Positions 12,791 to 26,399 of a DNA stretch of 64,000 nucleotides are shown here, one piece after another; within the stretch, counting starts at the first letter, position 1; each line of letters starts with the position of its first letter. The stretch is from Malacoraja senta (taxonomy: Eukaryota): positions 59,768,001 through 59,832,000 of the forward strand of contig CM075982.1 of the NCBI GenBank assembly GCA_038087875.1, written 5' to 3'. The notes under the pieces are model-generated. The model was not told where the DNA came from and did no database searches. It was given only the letters and a program-made list of their open reading frames with translations. A program made the translations under genes and the position numbers.

Positions 12791-13378
12791 CACCCTGCTT
12801 GAAATGGTATGAAACTGCATTTGAATGTGGTGGCCTTGCACCATGCATGAAATGGTATGAAACTGCATTTTAATTTGATGGCCTTGCACCCTGCTTGAAG
12901 TTGCAAGAAACTGCACTTGAATTTGGTGGCCTTGCACCCTGCTTGGTGGCATGAAACTGCACTTGAATTTGGTGGCCTTGCACCCTGCCTGAAGTGGCAT
13001 GAAACTGCACTTGAATTTGGTGGCCTTGCACCCTGCTTGAAGTGGCATGAAACTGCACTTGAATTTGGTGGCCTTGCACCCTGCTTGAAGTGGCATAAAA
13101 CTGCCCTTGAATTTGGTGGCCTTGCACCCTGCTTGGTGGCATGAAACTGCACTTGAATTTGGTGGCCTTGCACCCTGCCTGAAGTGGCATGAAACTGCAC
13201 TTGAATTTGGTGGCCTTGCACCCTGCTTGAAGTGGCATGAAACTGCACTTGAGTTTGGTGGCCTTGCACCCTGCTTGAAGTGGTAGGAAACTGCACTTCA
13301 GTTTGGTGGACTTGGACCCTGCTTGAAGTGGTATGAAACTGCATTTGAATTTGGTGGCCTTGCACCCTGCTTGAAATG
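12791..13378. repeat. 48-bp minisatellite (about 12 copies) inside Helitron
   Basis: caccctgcttgaagtggcatgaaactgcacttgaatttggtggccttg repeated head-to-tail. Confidence 0.95.
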
Positions 13379-13579
13379 GAATTTCAAGGAATAGCCATGA
13401 GTCAACTGCCAGCCCACCAGCTGTGAGTGAGCTGCCAGCACATCAGGCTTGAGTGACTGAGCTGCCACCCCAAGAATCCATTTGGCCCACAATGTCCATA
13501 CTAGCCCTCTGGAAACCAGTCCCTTCAGCCCACAACACCCAATCAAGCGCTCCAGAAAGCCCCCCCCCCCCTCCCCCTT

Positions 13580-13797
13580 TACATTAGTTTTATCCTACAC
13601 ATACGGGACAATTTACAGAAGCTAATTAAACTACAAACATGCACATGTTTGAAATGTGGGAGGAAATCAGAGCGTCTGGAGAAAACCAACATGGGAGGGA
13701 GAAGGTACAAACTCCGGACAGATAGCTCCCTTTAGTCAGGATCGAACTCTGATCTCTGGCACTGTAAAGCAGCAATTCTACCGCTGCACCGCTGTGC
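13580..13797 (-). mobile_element. HE1-like V-SINE (partial)
   Basis: Family similarity. Confidence 0.7.
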
Positions 13798-14232
13798 AAG
13801 TCTCAAATTTATTGCAACTTATTTACAAAAGATGTACAATTTAATGAGACAGATTTAGCTCTTAGGGCTGAGAATCATGGGATATGGGGAAAAAGCTGGA
13901 ACGGGGTACTGTTTTGGATGATCAGCCATGATCATATTGAATGGTGGTGCTGGCTCGAATGGCTTACTCCTGCACCTCTTTTCCATGTTTCTATGTTTAT
14001 CAGCACATTAGTAACATTAAGGAGTGCTGATTTTGTTGTGCATAGATTTCAGATTTCAATTCAGCTACCATCATTTGCTATATACACTCTGCATTTGATC
14101 ACGAACAAGGCAAAAGTATATCGCCTTATTGGAATAGAAAAGTTATCAAGTAAAGATTCTATCCGCTGGGAGAGAATAGAGATGTTCATGCTGAAGAAAA
14201 AGTCAAACTAGGGTGTTTTGATAAAATATTGA

Positions 14233-14452
14233 AGAAACAAGGAATTGCAGATACTGCTTTACAAAAGAATATACAGAATTCTGGAGTACTTCAGCTGGTC
14301 AGGCAGCATCTCTGGAGAACATGGATAAGCAACGTTTTGGGTTGGGCCCTTTCTTTGGACTGTAGAAGGTTCCCGACTTGAAACGCCGCTTATCCATGTT
14401 GTCCTGAGATGCTGCCTGATCCGTTGAGCTACTCCAGCAACTCTGCATCTTC
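14233..14452. mobile_element. Fold-back PLE-derived short element (older)
   Basis: Inverted arms caggcagcatctc/gagatgctgcctg around a decayed hammerhead. Confidence 0.65.
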
Positions 14453-17400
14453 TCTGACCTGAAACATTAACTATATTTCTTACCCTGCAGAAAGTCCTGG
14501 TCTGCTAAGTATTCCAATCTGTGCTGTATTTATTTTACAGATTGAAACTGTACAAAGTTCTTTATGACCTCCTTTTTAAGCGAAGGAATAGGATGGTGAA
14601 ACAAATGGAACTGCGCAATAACTAGGGAATATACTTGCTCAGCAGTCTAGAAGGCATTTTGCCATTCTTTTCCTTTCAAATTATATACTTTTACCCTCTT
14701 TATTTCACCTTTTTTATATGATTGCTGATTTCATATATCTGTTCTTCCAATTACTGTCAGATTAACAAACCAATTGAGACCCAACTAACCTTGACATTAG
14801 GAATAGAGGAAAATGTCATGGTAAAAACAAATGGCCAGTTTTTAGTGTGCAAGATTTTGCAACGTTTTTGATCCATTTTATCGTGAAATATTTTCAGCTT
14901 CTAGCACTGAAACCAAAAGACTAAAACCAAATCAGATATCTACACAGTTGTGAATTACGTATTCCCATTATTCAAAAAGGTTCTTCAAATATCCGTATTG
15001 GTGTTGGAGTGACCACTGAAATAATGGATTTGTAAATGGTAGGACATTTAACAAGAAAGAGTGAGCTCTGAGATTATTTGTGGCCTCCTCTAAATTATTA
15101 ACCCTCTGGAAGAACTTTTCCCAGAAAAAAAAAATCTCAACGTTCGATTCTAAATTGAAGAATGGAATACTATTGACGTGTATGTTTATATTGTGATTCA
15201 GTGGACAACACAGCTTTCTGGAAAACATTAAACATTTTAACCATCAAGGTAGATAGAATAATCATAAAACTTTTGGATGTAACTGTATCCACAGAAGTGC
15301 CATTAGTGGAGCTTTTGGCTCACATCCCAGTGATCTGGGTGCAAACTGATCTCAGAAGAGAACTCTGTGAAGTTTGGTTGTTTTCTGTGAGCACTTTGAT
15401 TTCCTCCAGGTGCTCTAATTTTCTCGTATATGCCAAAGACATGCAGGTTGGTCGGTTAATTGGTAACGATTAATTGCCTCCAGTGTTGGTGGGTGTTAGA
15501 ATCTGCTGGGAATTGAAAAGTAAATTGATAGAATAAAATTGGGATGAAAGTATGATCAATGTAAATGGGTGTCTGATGATTGGCTCAGACTTGGTGTTTA
15601 ATATGACATGATATATTGTTATTGATTCACAAAATTAGGATAAAAAGGAAAATCGCCAAGGATAATAAAATAAATAGACTACTTAATTTATGAGGAGATC
15701 TAAATGTGTTAACATCTGTTGAAACAATGGCAGAGTTACCATTGACTTTCGGATATATCACATCTTTATTACACATGGGAAGTTTTCAAGAATTTTGTTT
15801 GTAGGATTCATTAAAGTTTTTAAAGTTTTAACTTGCCATAAACACAGTTCTTTGGAATGACATGAAAATTAAAGCTTAATTATCACTTTTCAGTTTAGGG
15901 TACGTGCTCTTAATTGAAAAGTGGACTGTTTTCATTTGGCTGTAATTCAGCCGGAAAGACTCCTGTAACAACATGGTATTGATTTGGGGATTAATGCCAC
16001 TGAACCATTTGAAAAAACTCCAGATGACAAAGCTAAAGCAGGAGGACTTCAACTGGTCCTCAATGTAATTGTTTCCATGGGATCTTATATTTGGAGTTCA
16101 AATTCTTAAATGATGTTCTAGTTTGATTGTATCTTAGTTATATTGGTTTCTTTCTACTCTTTAATACAGATGCATTGTAATTAGATGTTAAGGAATGTTT
16201 GTGAGGGTAATTAATATTCTTGCAGATTGATGTAAATAAGTAATTTTCCTTTATGACAGAACAAAAATACCATGATTAGTGATAACAGTGAAAGAAAATT
16301 ATGTATCTTATGTAGCACAGGAAGGAAAATATGATGCTACACGACAAAGGTCTGTTCGAGTGGCCAAGGTTCCTATGTTTCTTCAAGCTGGTTAATGTTG
16401 TTTTATGGAATGTAGCAAACTAAGAAACTATTGTTGTTAAATAATCTATTACATTCGCATCTTAATGTCACCGCTAATTATTTTGCGAGGTGATGGGTTT
16501 TAAAAAGTCTATGTATACTGTATATATTGCAGACTGTTTCAGGTAACTACGATATGAAGTTATATAAACATATTGCATTAAATAATAAACAGTAACAGAA
16601 AGTGAAAAACTGGATTCCTGATAAGAATAGGTTTGGTCATTAATTTTTATGGAAAGTTGTTCTCGATGTTCTTAATAGCGATCAACTGCACAAGAAATCC
16701 ACCTCTTCTGTGGCTTTCTGTCGACTTTGTATGCAATCTCATCAAGGCTTATAGTACAGAAATTCTATTCAGCTTATCATACGATAGAAATCTACTGCTC
16801 AGCAAATAAAGGCAAATGTTTACTGCTCTCTCAGCCACCATGCCACCACGACCTTACATAATTATATATTGTACATGTGGTTACTGGCCAATTTAATTGC
16901 CTTGAACAGATTAAATGTATTAAACAAAATACTTCCTAACATAACAATATCAAGGTCATATTCAATTCCAATGTTCTTAGAACGTATGATTTATCCTAAT
17001 AAATTTAACTTCCTTTGACGTTTTATTTGCCTTTATCTGCATGACCATAAAAATTAAATGTCAACCAGTTTGCATTCAATATGTATTTGCTATGGTGTTT
17101 TCTTTTTATCAGGTAAGTTAATGAAATGCAGATAAAAATCATTAGTCTGATGTGCATGGCTGCTTTCTTTCATCAGACAGGCTTGGTTAGCTTTCTGCAG
17201 TAAGATCTATATTTATTATAGATTAGCCTTTTCATGGGCTTGCAAAATCAAACTTTAATAACTTTGCAAATGCTCTTTAAGATATGCATCAATCAGTTTG
17301 GTTGTTCTAAATTTGCCAGAAGGGCAAATGGCAATCGATATAATGACTCTGTAACACTAGAAAACAATTCCGCCATACAACAAATCAGAACGAATGTAGG

Positions 17401-19109
17401 CAATAACTTGAGTGGTTCTGCCTGCAATCTAGATTTTGGGCTTCAAAGTCTCTTGAGACTCAGGATTTATGCTATCCCTTTAGTTCTTGCAACTTGGGCT
17501 TTCTACTGAATTGATGGCTTCAAATTGTAGAACTGAATTAACTGGTGTGATAAAGAAATAGATATCTGTAATAAACAAAAAGTCTTTTTGGACTCCATTG
17601 TCTCCATACTTATGCCCTACAAGAATTGATGCATGCAGCACACTCACTGTAAGGTAAACATGTTTATTATTGTGAAATGTACAGCAATATGACTTGGCAC
17701 ATACTCCGGAAGGACTTTTCCTGTTTTAACATCACATCAACAATTTTTTGTCCTGTCTTGCACAGCATTTGAATTGATAACCAAGAGAAATATTGCAGAT
17801 CTGTGCAGATGGATTGAGGGGAACAGCCCATTTATACTGCCTTTGTAGCAATATTATATTGCTATAGATGTTGGATTACAGGCCTAAGAACATTCCCTTA
17901 TATGGCAGAATGTTCATACATGATACCTCAGCTTCCTGCCCTCTACAATCAAGATTTTGATCTATCTCTACAATGGACTGTGCTGATAATTTCCAGCATT
18001 TTTCTTGTTTTCACTCACTAGAGGATACTCTGTACAAATTACAGGCTAGTCATGCTTCATTTGTGACAACAAAACTATACAGTACCCAATGCTAATAACT
18101 TAATACAACAAGCTACAGATCCTGCAGTGTCCTACAATCCCCATGGACCCAGCACCATCCAAGTGCTAGATCTCAAATTGCTCATTAAATGAATAAGAAT
18201 GAAATAACCTTACTTTGGGAATAGAATGTATTTCTTCCCCATCATGATGTACATAACATAAATCATACAATATTGGGGTTTTTCTATTCTAAAACAATAT
18301 TCTTGACTCAATTTGCTTGTGACAGTAAAGCATTTTTTCACATGTAACTACAATTCTCCATTGTACTCACATTTGCCCTGAGCTGTCAATTAAAAAAAAA
18401 AACTCTTGTTTAACTTTTTGATTGTTCTTTAAACTGTGTTTCTTATTTTGTATCCAGCGTATCCATCCTTTGTTACAGAGTTCAACATAGTTCTATAGTT
18501 AACTCCCAGATTTAGTAGATAATGTAGACATCATTTCCCATCATAGGTGTAGCTGAAACATTCAAGTCAGAGGTCAATAGAACTGATTAGTAGAATGACT
18601 TTATTTTACTGTTTACTGGCGTTCAGCCTTTTCCCATTAAAGCTACACATTCCATGCCTGAGTTAATGAGCTTCCCGATATTTATATCAGTTAAGTGGTT
18701 TGTTAGATGTTTCAGAAACTAACAGTTCATTATTGCATTTCTATAGTGACTGACTTGTGTTTTCTTTATCATTAATGAGGCATTTCAAACGTTTTGCCAA
18801 CAGCTTCTTATTTTGAACTAAAACAATTAATTTGCTTATTTTCTAAAAACCATCAGAACTATAATTTTCACAGAATCAATGATTAATTATTTTCTGCATA
18901 TTTTAATGCTTCTTAACATGGTTAATGAGAGTTAATCTACTATATTCTTACATTAATTGACACAAACAAGTCTGGAATTAGAAATGTTAATGAAAAGTAC
19001 TGAATTTCTTTCTCACATAATGGCACCTATTCAAAAAATAGTATGAAAACAAATTGATGTTTCAGCAGTTAAAGAGTCCACTGTATTATCATAAGAAGCA
19101 ATTACCTAT

Positions 19110-19457
19110 TAGTTATACAGCTCGAAAACAGGCCCTTCAGCCTAACCTGGTCACACCGATCAACATGCCCCAGCGACACTAGTCCTACCTGCCTGCACTT
19201 GGCACATATTCCTCTAAACCTACCCTATCCAAGTATCTGTCTAAATGTTACTTAAACATTGCGATAGTACCTGCCTTAACTGCCTCCTCCAGCAGCTCAT
19301 TCCATACATCCACCACCTTTTGTGTAAAGAAGTTACCCCTCAGGTTCCTGTTTAAATGTTCCCCCCTCACCTTAAACCTATGCCCTCAGGTTCTCGATTC
19401 CCCGACTCTGGGCAAAGGACTGTGTTTACCTGATCTATTCCCCTCATGATTTTATAC
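19110..19457 (-). mobile_element. CR1 3' fragment
   Basis: Similarity to other CR1 3' ends. Confidence 0.65.
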
Positions 19458-19799
19458 ACAAAAACAGGGTGCAGAAAAGAACTATTTAACTAAAAAATGG
19501 AGTGCCAATTTGGTGAAGCCGCAAAGAAGCGTGACATGCAAGCATGCAATACACAGAATAACCAGAGAACCAAATTGTTGGAAGCCAGGTCTTCAGTGCT
19601 GCTGCATTCAGTCCAGAATAATGATGGACAAATAAACAGTAAACAGGAAGGGGGTCCAAAAACATCCCTATCGTCAACAACGGGAGACCCCAATGAATGA
19701 ATGGTAGACCCCATTTCAGAGAAATACAATTATCCACTGGTGGCCATTCCAAGTGGACAATCTATCTTGATTTTCTTCTCCTTGTCACCACCCTTGAGA

Positions 19800-21750
19800 A
19801 TCCAATGAATTCTAGGCTGGTGAACTTCACGTCAGTGGGAGGGAACTGATTGGAGAGGATTCTTCTGGATACGATTTACTCCCATTTTGGAAGAGAATAG
19901 GCTAATTTGGGACAGTCGGTGGTTTTGTACGCAGCAGATCGTGTCTTACTAACTCGATTGAGTTCACGAGGAGGTGACGAAGGTGATCGATGAGAGTAGG
20001 GTGGTGAATGGTGTCAACATGGATTTTAGTAATGCATCTGATATCATCCCCCATGGTAGGCTTACAGTGATTCACAGGAACTTGATCATATGGATATATA
20101 ATTGGCTGACCATGAGAAGAAAGAGAGTTGTAGTGGGAGGTTGTTAGTCAGGCTGGAAGTCTCTGACCAGTGGAGTTCTGCAGAGATTTGTGCCAGGGCC
20201 TCTATTGTGTTTGATGTATATGTAAATCCTGGCCAAAATGGAGCAGGAATAGAACCAAAATTTAGCAGAGGATTCATGCATTGCAAGGCCATTTTGGTCA
20301 AGTCTGTGTTTCTGTATATAAAAAGACAAGCTGCTGAATGGTGCCACGAAGTCAAGGTCCCAGATCAATGTTGCAGATAAGAAATGTATGAGTATCTCCT
20401 CCATTGTCAGTATGAATGAGATTCTTGTTGATTGGATTGCTGCAAAAGAATTGTAAATAATGTAAATAATGTTGCAAGACAGTTACCCTGCTGTTTGTTG
20501 ATTGGCCAAAGTGTTAAGCCCTGGCAGGATTTGTTTGAGTTCCAGGGTAAATGTTGCACTTTTCAGTTAAGTTAGCTTCCTTCCAGAAGCTTCTCCAAGA
20601 AACAATGTATGGGAGACTCTGTAATTGGTTTTGGGAACTGTCAATAATGTATTGGTGTAATTAATATGTTTGATTGGACTGTGAAGAGATCACCCCTATG
20701 TAGTTCGGACCCTCAAGGTTCGTGGACCTATAAAAGGTGGCTCCATCTTAGATCGAGGTCGATCTTCTGGAGGAACGCTTGGGACTGCGTGACCTTTTGG
20801 AGTGTTTCTGCTTGCACTAGGCTGAAGGGCTTGGCCAGGCAGAGACAAGGATAGTTTAGTTGTTCCAGTGCTTGACTCAGTGTTTTTACTGAACTAGACT
20901 AGGGGGGTAAGCTTGAGAAGAGCGTATTTACATATATAAATGGATTGGACATAGATATAGATGAGTTGGTTAGTTAATTTAACACCAAAATTGCTGGAGT
21001 TGCAGACTATAAGGAAAGCTGACAAAATATACAATGGGATGTAGATCAGCTACAGAAATGGGTAGGAGAAATAGCAGATGGAGTTTAATCCAAGCAAGTG
21101 TTTAATCCAAACAAGTAATCCAAGATGTTGCACTTTGTGAGTTTGAATGTAAGAAAGTTACACTTCATGGCAAGACCCTTAAGTGCATTGATGTATGGAG
21201 GGATCTTGGATTCCAAGTCCATAGCTCTCTGAAAGTGGCAACACGTGAAGATAGAATGGTAATGGAGGCATATGGTAGGGCATGAGTATAAGAGTCAGGA
21301 AGTCATGATGCAGCATTATAGGACTTTGGTTAGATTGCATTTGGAATATTGCATGCAGCTCTTGTCACCCCATTACAGGAAGGATGTGAAGGCTTTGGGG
21401 AGGGTGCAGAGGAATTTTACCCGAATGCTGCTTGCATTAGTGTGTTTTAGCAATAAGAAGAGTTTACACAGACTTGGATCGTTTTCTCTGGAATATCAGA
21501 GGTTATGAGGGGACCTGAAAGAAGTATATAAAATTATGAGAGGAATACATAGGGTAGACAATCATAACCTTTTTACCAAGGATAGAGATATCAAATAAGA
21601 GAAGGCACGGCTTTAAGGTGAGAGGAGCAATGGTTAAAGGAGATGTTCAGGGCACATTTTTTACTCAGAGGGTGGTGGCTGCCTGGAATGTGCTGCCAGA
21701 TGTGGCGGTGGAGCTAGGTGCAATAGTGGCGTTAAGATTAGTTTATCTAG
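19800..21750 (+). mobile_element. Old CR1 LINE fragment interrupted by a solo LTR
   Basis: Degenerate RT motifs (LVRLHLEYCMQL). Confidence 0.8.
20221..20932 (+). mobile_element. Solo LTR (same family as 51555-52302) inserted in a CR1 RT region
   Basis: Perfect terminal inverted repeat TGTAAAT/ATTTACA, 4-bp TSD TATA, internal TATAAAA near 20729. Confidence 0.8.
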
Positions 21751-22124
21751 GCATCATTTAGTACCAATCTCATGGGCTGAAAGACATGTTCCTGGTAGTA
21801 TTTTTCTATATCTTCAAAGTAATTATTGAAAGGAATTAAGCTCCGAGCGTACAAAGTGATATTTTAATACCAGCATGGTTGATTAGGTTTCAACAACTTA
21901 TTGGGTCTCTGATACTTGCCCCGACATTGTATGGTATATTTAGTTTGTATGTGACTACAACTTCATGACATTCAAAGCCTCTCATTCCTAAGGCTGAAAA
22001 TGCTGTACAGGCTTTGTGAGGCTACAGAAGGACTGTATCTTTCAGGTGCCGCAGTCTAAAACTACAATAGTAGATATGATGGCATAATTGATGCTAAATC
22101 AAATAATGATACAAGCACTGAGGA

Positions 22125-22360
22125 GTGGTGCAGCGGTAGAGTTGATGCCTCACACTGCCAGAGAACCGGGTTTGATCCTGACTATGGGTGCTGTCTGTTT
22201 AGAGTTTGTACGTTCTCCTTGTGACCGCGTGGGTTTTCCCTGGTTGCTCTGCTTTCATCCCACATCCCGAAGACGTGCAGTTTTGCAGGTTAATTGGCTT
22301 CTATAAACATTGTTCCTAGTGTGTAGGATAGAACCAAGTGACAACTGTAATAATGGGTGA
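22125..22360 (+). mobile_element. HE1-like V-SINE
   Basis: Family similarity. Confidence 0.75.
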
Positions 22361-22399
22361 TTAGATCCAAGGGGGGAGACAAATAAATTGGCCTGTAAA

Positions 22400-23330
22400 A
22401 CTGGAAACCCGAGAGACTAGAACACGTAAAAACTCAGCAAAGACCACCAATGGATTCATGTGCAGTGAAGGGAAGAAATAGAATATGGGAATAGGTTTGA
22501 CGTTCAGAGAAAACACATTAGTGTAGACATACATTGGGTCCTTGTAGTTGGAAACATAGGAATTTATGTCAGAAAATAAAGAAATGACAGGCCAATTGAA
22601 CAAATACATTGGTCTTGTATTCACAAAGAAGGATGCAAATAATGCCCCAGAAATATGAGGTAAAAAGGTCCATGGGGAGGGAGGAACTGAAGAAAGATCA
22701 GTATAAGGTGGGAAATGTAAAGAAAATCGCTGAGATTGAAAGCCATTAAATCCACAGTGCTCAATAATCTGCATCGCAGAGACTTTAAGGAAGTGGCTCC
22801 AGGAATTTATTTTCCAACAATCATTGGACTCCGGGTTCGATTTAACAATTGGATAGAATATTGTAACCCCACTATGTTAAAAAACAGTGCCTGGTTGGCC
22901 TGCCATTGATAAAACGGAAAATGCAGAAACCATTCATAAAGATGTAACAGTCGAGCATTTGGAAAACAGTGGCAGGTTCTGTGAAAAGCCAGAAAAGTCA
23001 AAGATAGTCTGAGGGTCACCAATGAGGTATAGTAGTTCAGGACTGCTCTGGATGAAGGATAGCAGGCAAGTCATATAAGACTGAGATGCCAAAAAGATTC
23101 TTCACTCATGAATTGGTGAAGCAGTGGAATTCTTTATCACGAAAGGCGCAGTTGAGGCCAAATCAAAGTTATTCAATAGCTTGGATAGAGTTCTACAGGA
23201 TAAGAGATCAAGGGGTACGAGGTGAAAGAAGGGTACTGAATATGAATGATCAGCCCTGATCATAGAATGGCAGAGCAGTCTTGAAAGGCTGAATGGCTTA
23301 CACCTACTCCGACTCTTTGTTTCTCTATAT
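22400..23330 (+). mobile_element. Old CR1 LINE fragments
   Basis: Degenerate ORF2 and 3' UTR similarity to the other CR1 copies. Confidence 0.65.
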
Positions 23331-23699
23331 AACTGGTCATTTATCTAAGATATCCACAATACATCACAGTGAATAAAAGAGACATTTTGTTCATTGTGGT
23401 ATACTGTGAACTTTTAGACAATGACTATCAGTAACCACTGTTTTTCAGTATTTTGAAAAAAAAATTAAATCATTCTAGAAGAACATAATTAAATGTGAGG
23501 TTCACCAACCCATAGATTCATTATTTACAAAGTGTACAGCTCTAATAAATAAAAGTTCCCAGCAGCCATATGGTGTCAAACAAATGATTATGAATGGAAC
23601 CACTTTCTCACCTGTTTGAAATTTAAAAAAAATCAATCATCACCTGCAGCTTAAAACAGAACCAAGTCGCTTCGATCATTGCGTTAAATCTAGTCCTTA

Positions 23700-24740
23700 A
23701 GATTAAGATGTATGGGATTCACGGTAACTTGATTATATGGATTCAGAACGAGCACACTAATAGAAGAAAGAGGGTTGTAGTGTAAGGGTATTATTCTGTG
23801 ACCAATGTAGTTCTGCAGAGATATGTACTGAGACCTTGGTTGTTGGTGATATATATAAATGACTTGGATGTAAATATAGATGGGTCAATTAGTAAGTTTG
23901 CAGACACCAAGATTGCAGGAATTACAGACAACGAAAGCGACTGTCAAAGTATACAGCGGGATATAGATCAACTTCAGTAATGGGCAAAGAAATGGCAGAG
24001 GGAGATTAATCCAAGCAAATGTGAGGTGTTGCACTGTAGGAAGTCAAATGCAAGGGGAAATTATATGGTTGATGGCTAGATTATTAATACCATTGCTATC
24101 CAGAGGGATCTTGGGGTCCAGGTCCATATCTCATTGAAAGCAGCAACACAAGCAGATGTAAAGAATGTGTATGGTGTGCTCACTTCACTGGTCTGAGCAC
24201 CAAGTATAAGAGTAAGGAAGTTGTGATGCAGCTCTATAAGATCAGTTAGGCTGCATTTGGGGTGTTCCATGCAGTTCTGGTTGCCCCATTACAGGAAGAA
24301 TGCAAGGGCTTTGGAGAGGGTGCAGAAGAGGTTTATCAGAGTGTGCAGATTAGGAGGTATTAACTGCAAGGTGAGGTTGGACAAAGTGAATTGTTTTCAA
24401 TGGAAAGCTGGAGGTTGAAAGAAGTCAACAAAATTGTAAGACTGTCAGAACCTTTCTCGCTGGCTAGAAATATCAAAGACCAGAGAGCTTAGCTTTAAGG
24501 TGAGATGGGCAAAGTTTAAAGATGTGCAGGGCCAGTATTTTTACATAAAGGGTGGTGAGTGCCTGTAACCCACCCCTAGAGGTGATAGTCAAGATAGTGG
24601 GAATTAAGAGGCACATGGATATGCAAAGAATGGAGGAATATGGATCTAATGCAGGCAGATGAGAATAGTTTATCTTGCATCATAATCAGCAGCCATTGTG
24701 AGCTATAGGGCCTATTCCTATGCTTTATTTTTCTATGCTT
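23700..24740 (+). mobile_element. Old CR1 LINE fragment
   Basis: IYINDLD..ISKFADTKI. Confidence 0.8.
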
Positions 24741-25563
24741 TGTGTTCTTTGTTGAATTCTCACTTCTACATTAACAGTGAGCTACTCAGGAAGACAATCT
24801 TTCCTTCCAAAACAAAGCTTAATGTCCTGCTGATATACAGAACAATGAAAGGAAATCTGGTACACATATTAATATAGAGAAGAATGCTCGGAGGGAGAAT
24901 ATAGGACTTCTTACTCCAGTTGGAAGGTCAGTTGGGTAGGTACTTAACTTACATTGTTGCAAAGAAAGTGAATTATTGGCTGATAAATTTCTACCGAAAA
25001 GTTTGGCCAAAGGGAGCAATGGAGGTAAACAGTATTGCATCTCTTAATGAAACAATTACATTTTCCTTATTCAAATTCCATTTAAATCAGTTGCTAGTTC
25101 TACTTGTCTGTGGCCACTCCTGCTCACATTGCTAAGCCCTTTCCATCCCTCTGCTGATTCTATATCCTAACGGCAATGTTATTTTAATACCATGGCTGCA
25201 ATTTTCCAGTTGTGCATGTAAATATATCTTGTTTTTTATGTAAGCGGGACTATGTATAGATCAATTGTCCAGTGTATACAATTCTCCAGTCACAGGTTTA
25301 TAGAACAAAAGGCAAGAAAACTATGCTTTTAACTTGTGTTTGTACAATCTAAGAATAACTGTGCAACTGCTCCTTCGAAGTGCTAACTGATAAATCAGGA
25401 TGGATAAGCATAGTAATATTCAAGATATTTAATTCTTCTTCTCCATAAATGTTAAAGTTTCAAAGATCATAACATACCCACATCAAATTATGATATTATA
25501 ATAAATCAAGGAGTTCAATTATGCTCAAATACACAGACTTTAGCATTGTGACAACTTAATTCT

Positions 25564-25569
25564 TTTATT
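25564..25569 (-). terminator. Candidate PFDN4 polyadenylation signal AATAAA
   Basis: First minus-strand AATAAA I found downstream of the stop, about 380 nt away. Confidence 0.45.
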
Positions 25570-25946
25570 GGGAAGGTGAATTGTGCAGGTTGACTAGAAT
25601 GGACACCGTCTGCATATAATACTGCATTCAAAATAACAGACTTGCTGAAGATGAACGTGTTTTTTTTTCTAATACAGGATTTCAAATCTAAATGTTTTAC
25701 AGACATTTCAAAAGTGTGAAATCACCGTAACAAATAAATAACGAGTGCAAGCAAGTATAAAAAGATTTTCTATCAAATAAATGGAGCTGTAGATCAAAAA
25801 TGTTAAAAAGATAGTCCCATAATAATTAACAAAATGATGACTTTTTTTTTTTATATTGCCATTTCCTAAAACAAACTGCAATAGCTGTCCAATCTGAAAA
25901 GTTAATCATTCAACTGAATGAGATGTGACTGGTAAAAATAAACAGC

Positions 25947-26078
25947 TCAGTTGTCATCTGCTTCAAGGTTAATGTTGTTTCCAAATTTTGCATAGAGCTG
26001 AACTTTAAGATCGGATAACATTTGCTGAATGGCTTCCACACGAGACTGTAAAGCCTGGATCTCTTCTTGAAGACTTTG
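25947..26078 (-). CDS. PFDN4: Prefoldin subunit 4, last coding exon (QSLQEEIQALQSRVEAIQQMLSDLKVQLYAKFGNNINLEADDN*)
   Basis: tttttcag acceptor; LKVQLYAKFG.NINLE C-terminal motif; TGA stop; the four exons sum to 134 aa as in human PFDN4. Confidence 0.97.
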   Translation of the reverse strand, partial: QSLQEEIQALQSRVEAIQQMLSDLKVQLYAKFGNNINLEADDN

Positions 26079-26399
26079 CTGAAAAATGAAGTTGAGACTC
26101 TTGTCAGGGTACAGTTAAGAAATGAAAGTGCCATATTAATTCAAAACCTTCTACATCCATTTACCTGGGATCACAAAGCAGTGAAGAGAGATTGGGGAGT
26201 TATTTCAATGTCTTACACAAAGCTGGAGGAGTTAATAATATTGACTGTATTGACTCTTTATTACCAAGACAAGCAAAATATAATGCTGCCAGTTATAACT
26301 GATAGGTGGAGTTCCGAGTATGGTGGTAAAGTGGGTCGTCTGACTGTCAGGTAGCACCACCTTCGGTCTCTGCTATGCATGGAAAATAAGAACCAACAA

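Larger units (their letters stand above)
11725..13576 (+). mobile_element. Non-autonomous Helitron (same family), 3' end lost after the poly-C tract
   Basis: Colinear with 54492-55945; starts TCTATATTACTAAAAGTC. Confidence 0.8.

Noticed and set aside
12791-13378. CRISPR-like array or repetitive protein ORFs
   Set aside because: Head-to-tail units with no unique spacers, no cas genes, eukaryotic context; the ORFs are artefacts of the minisatellite
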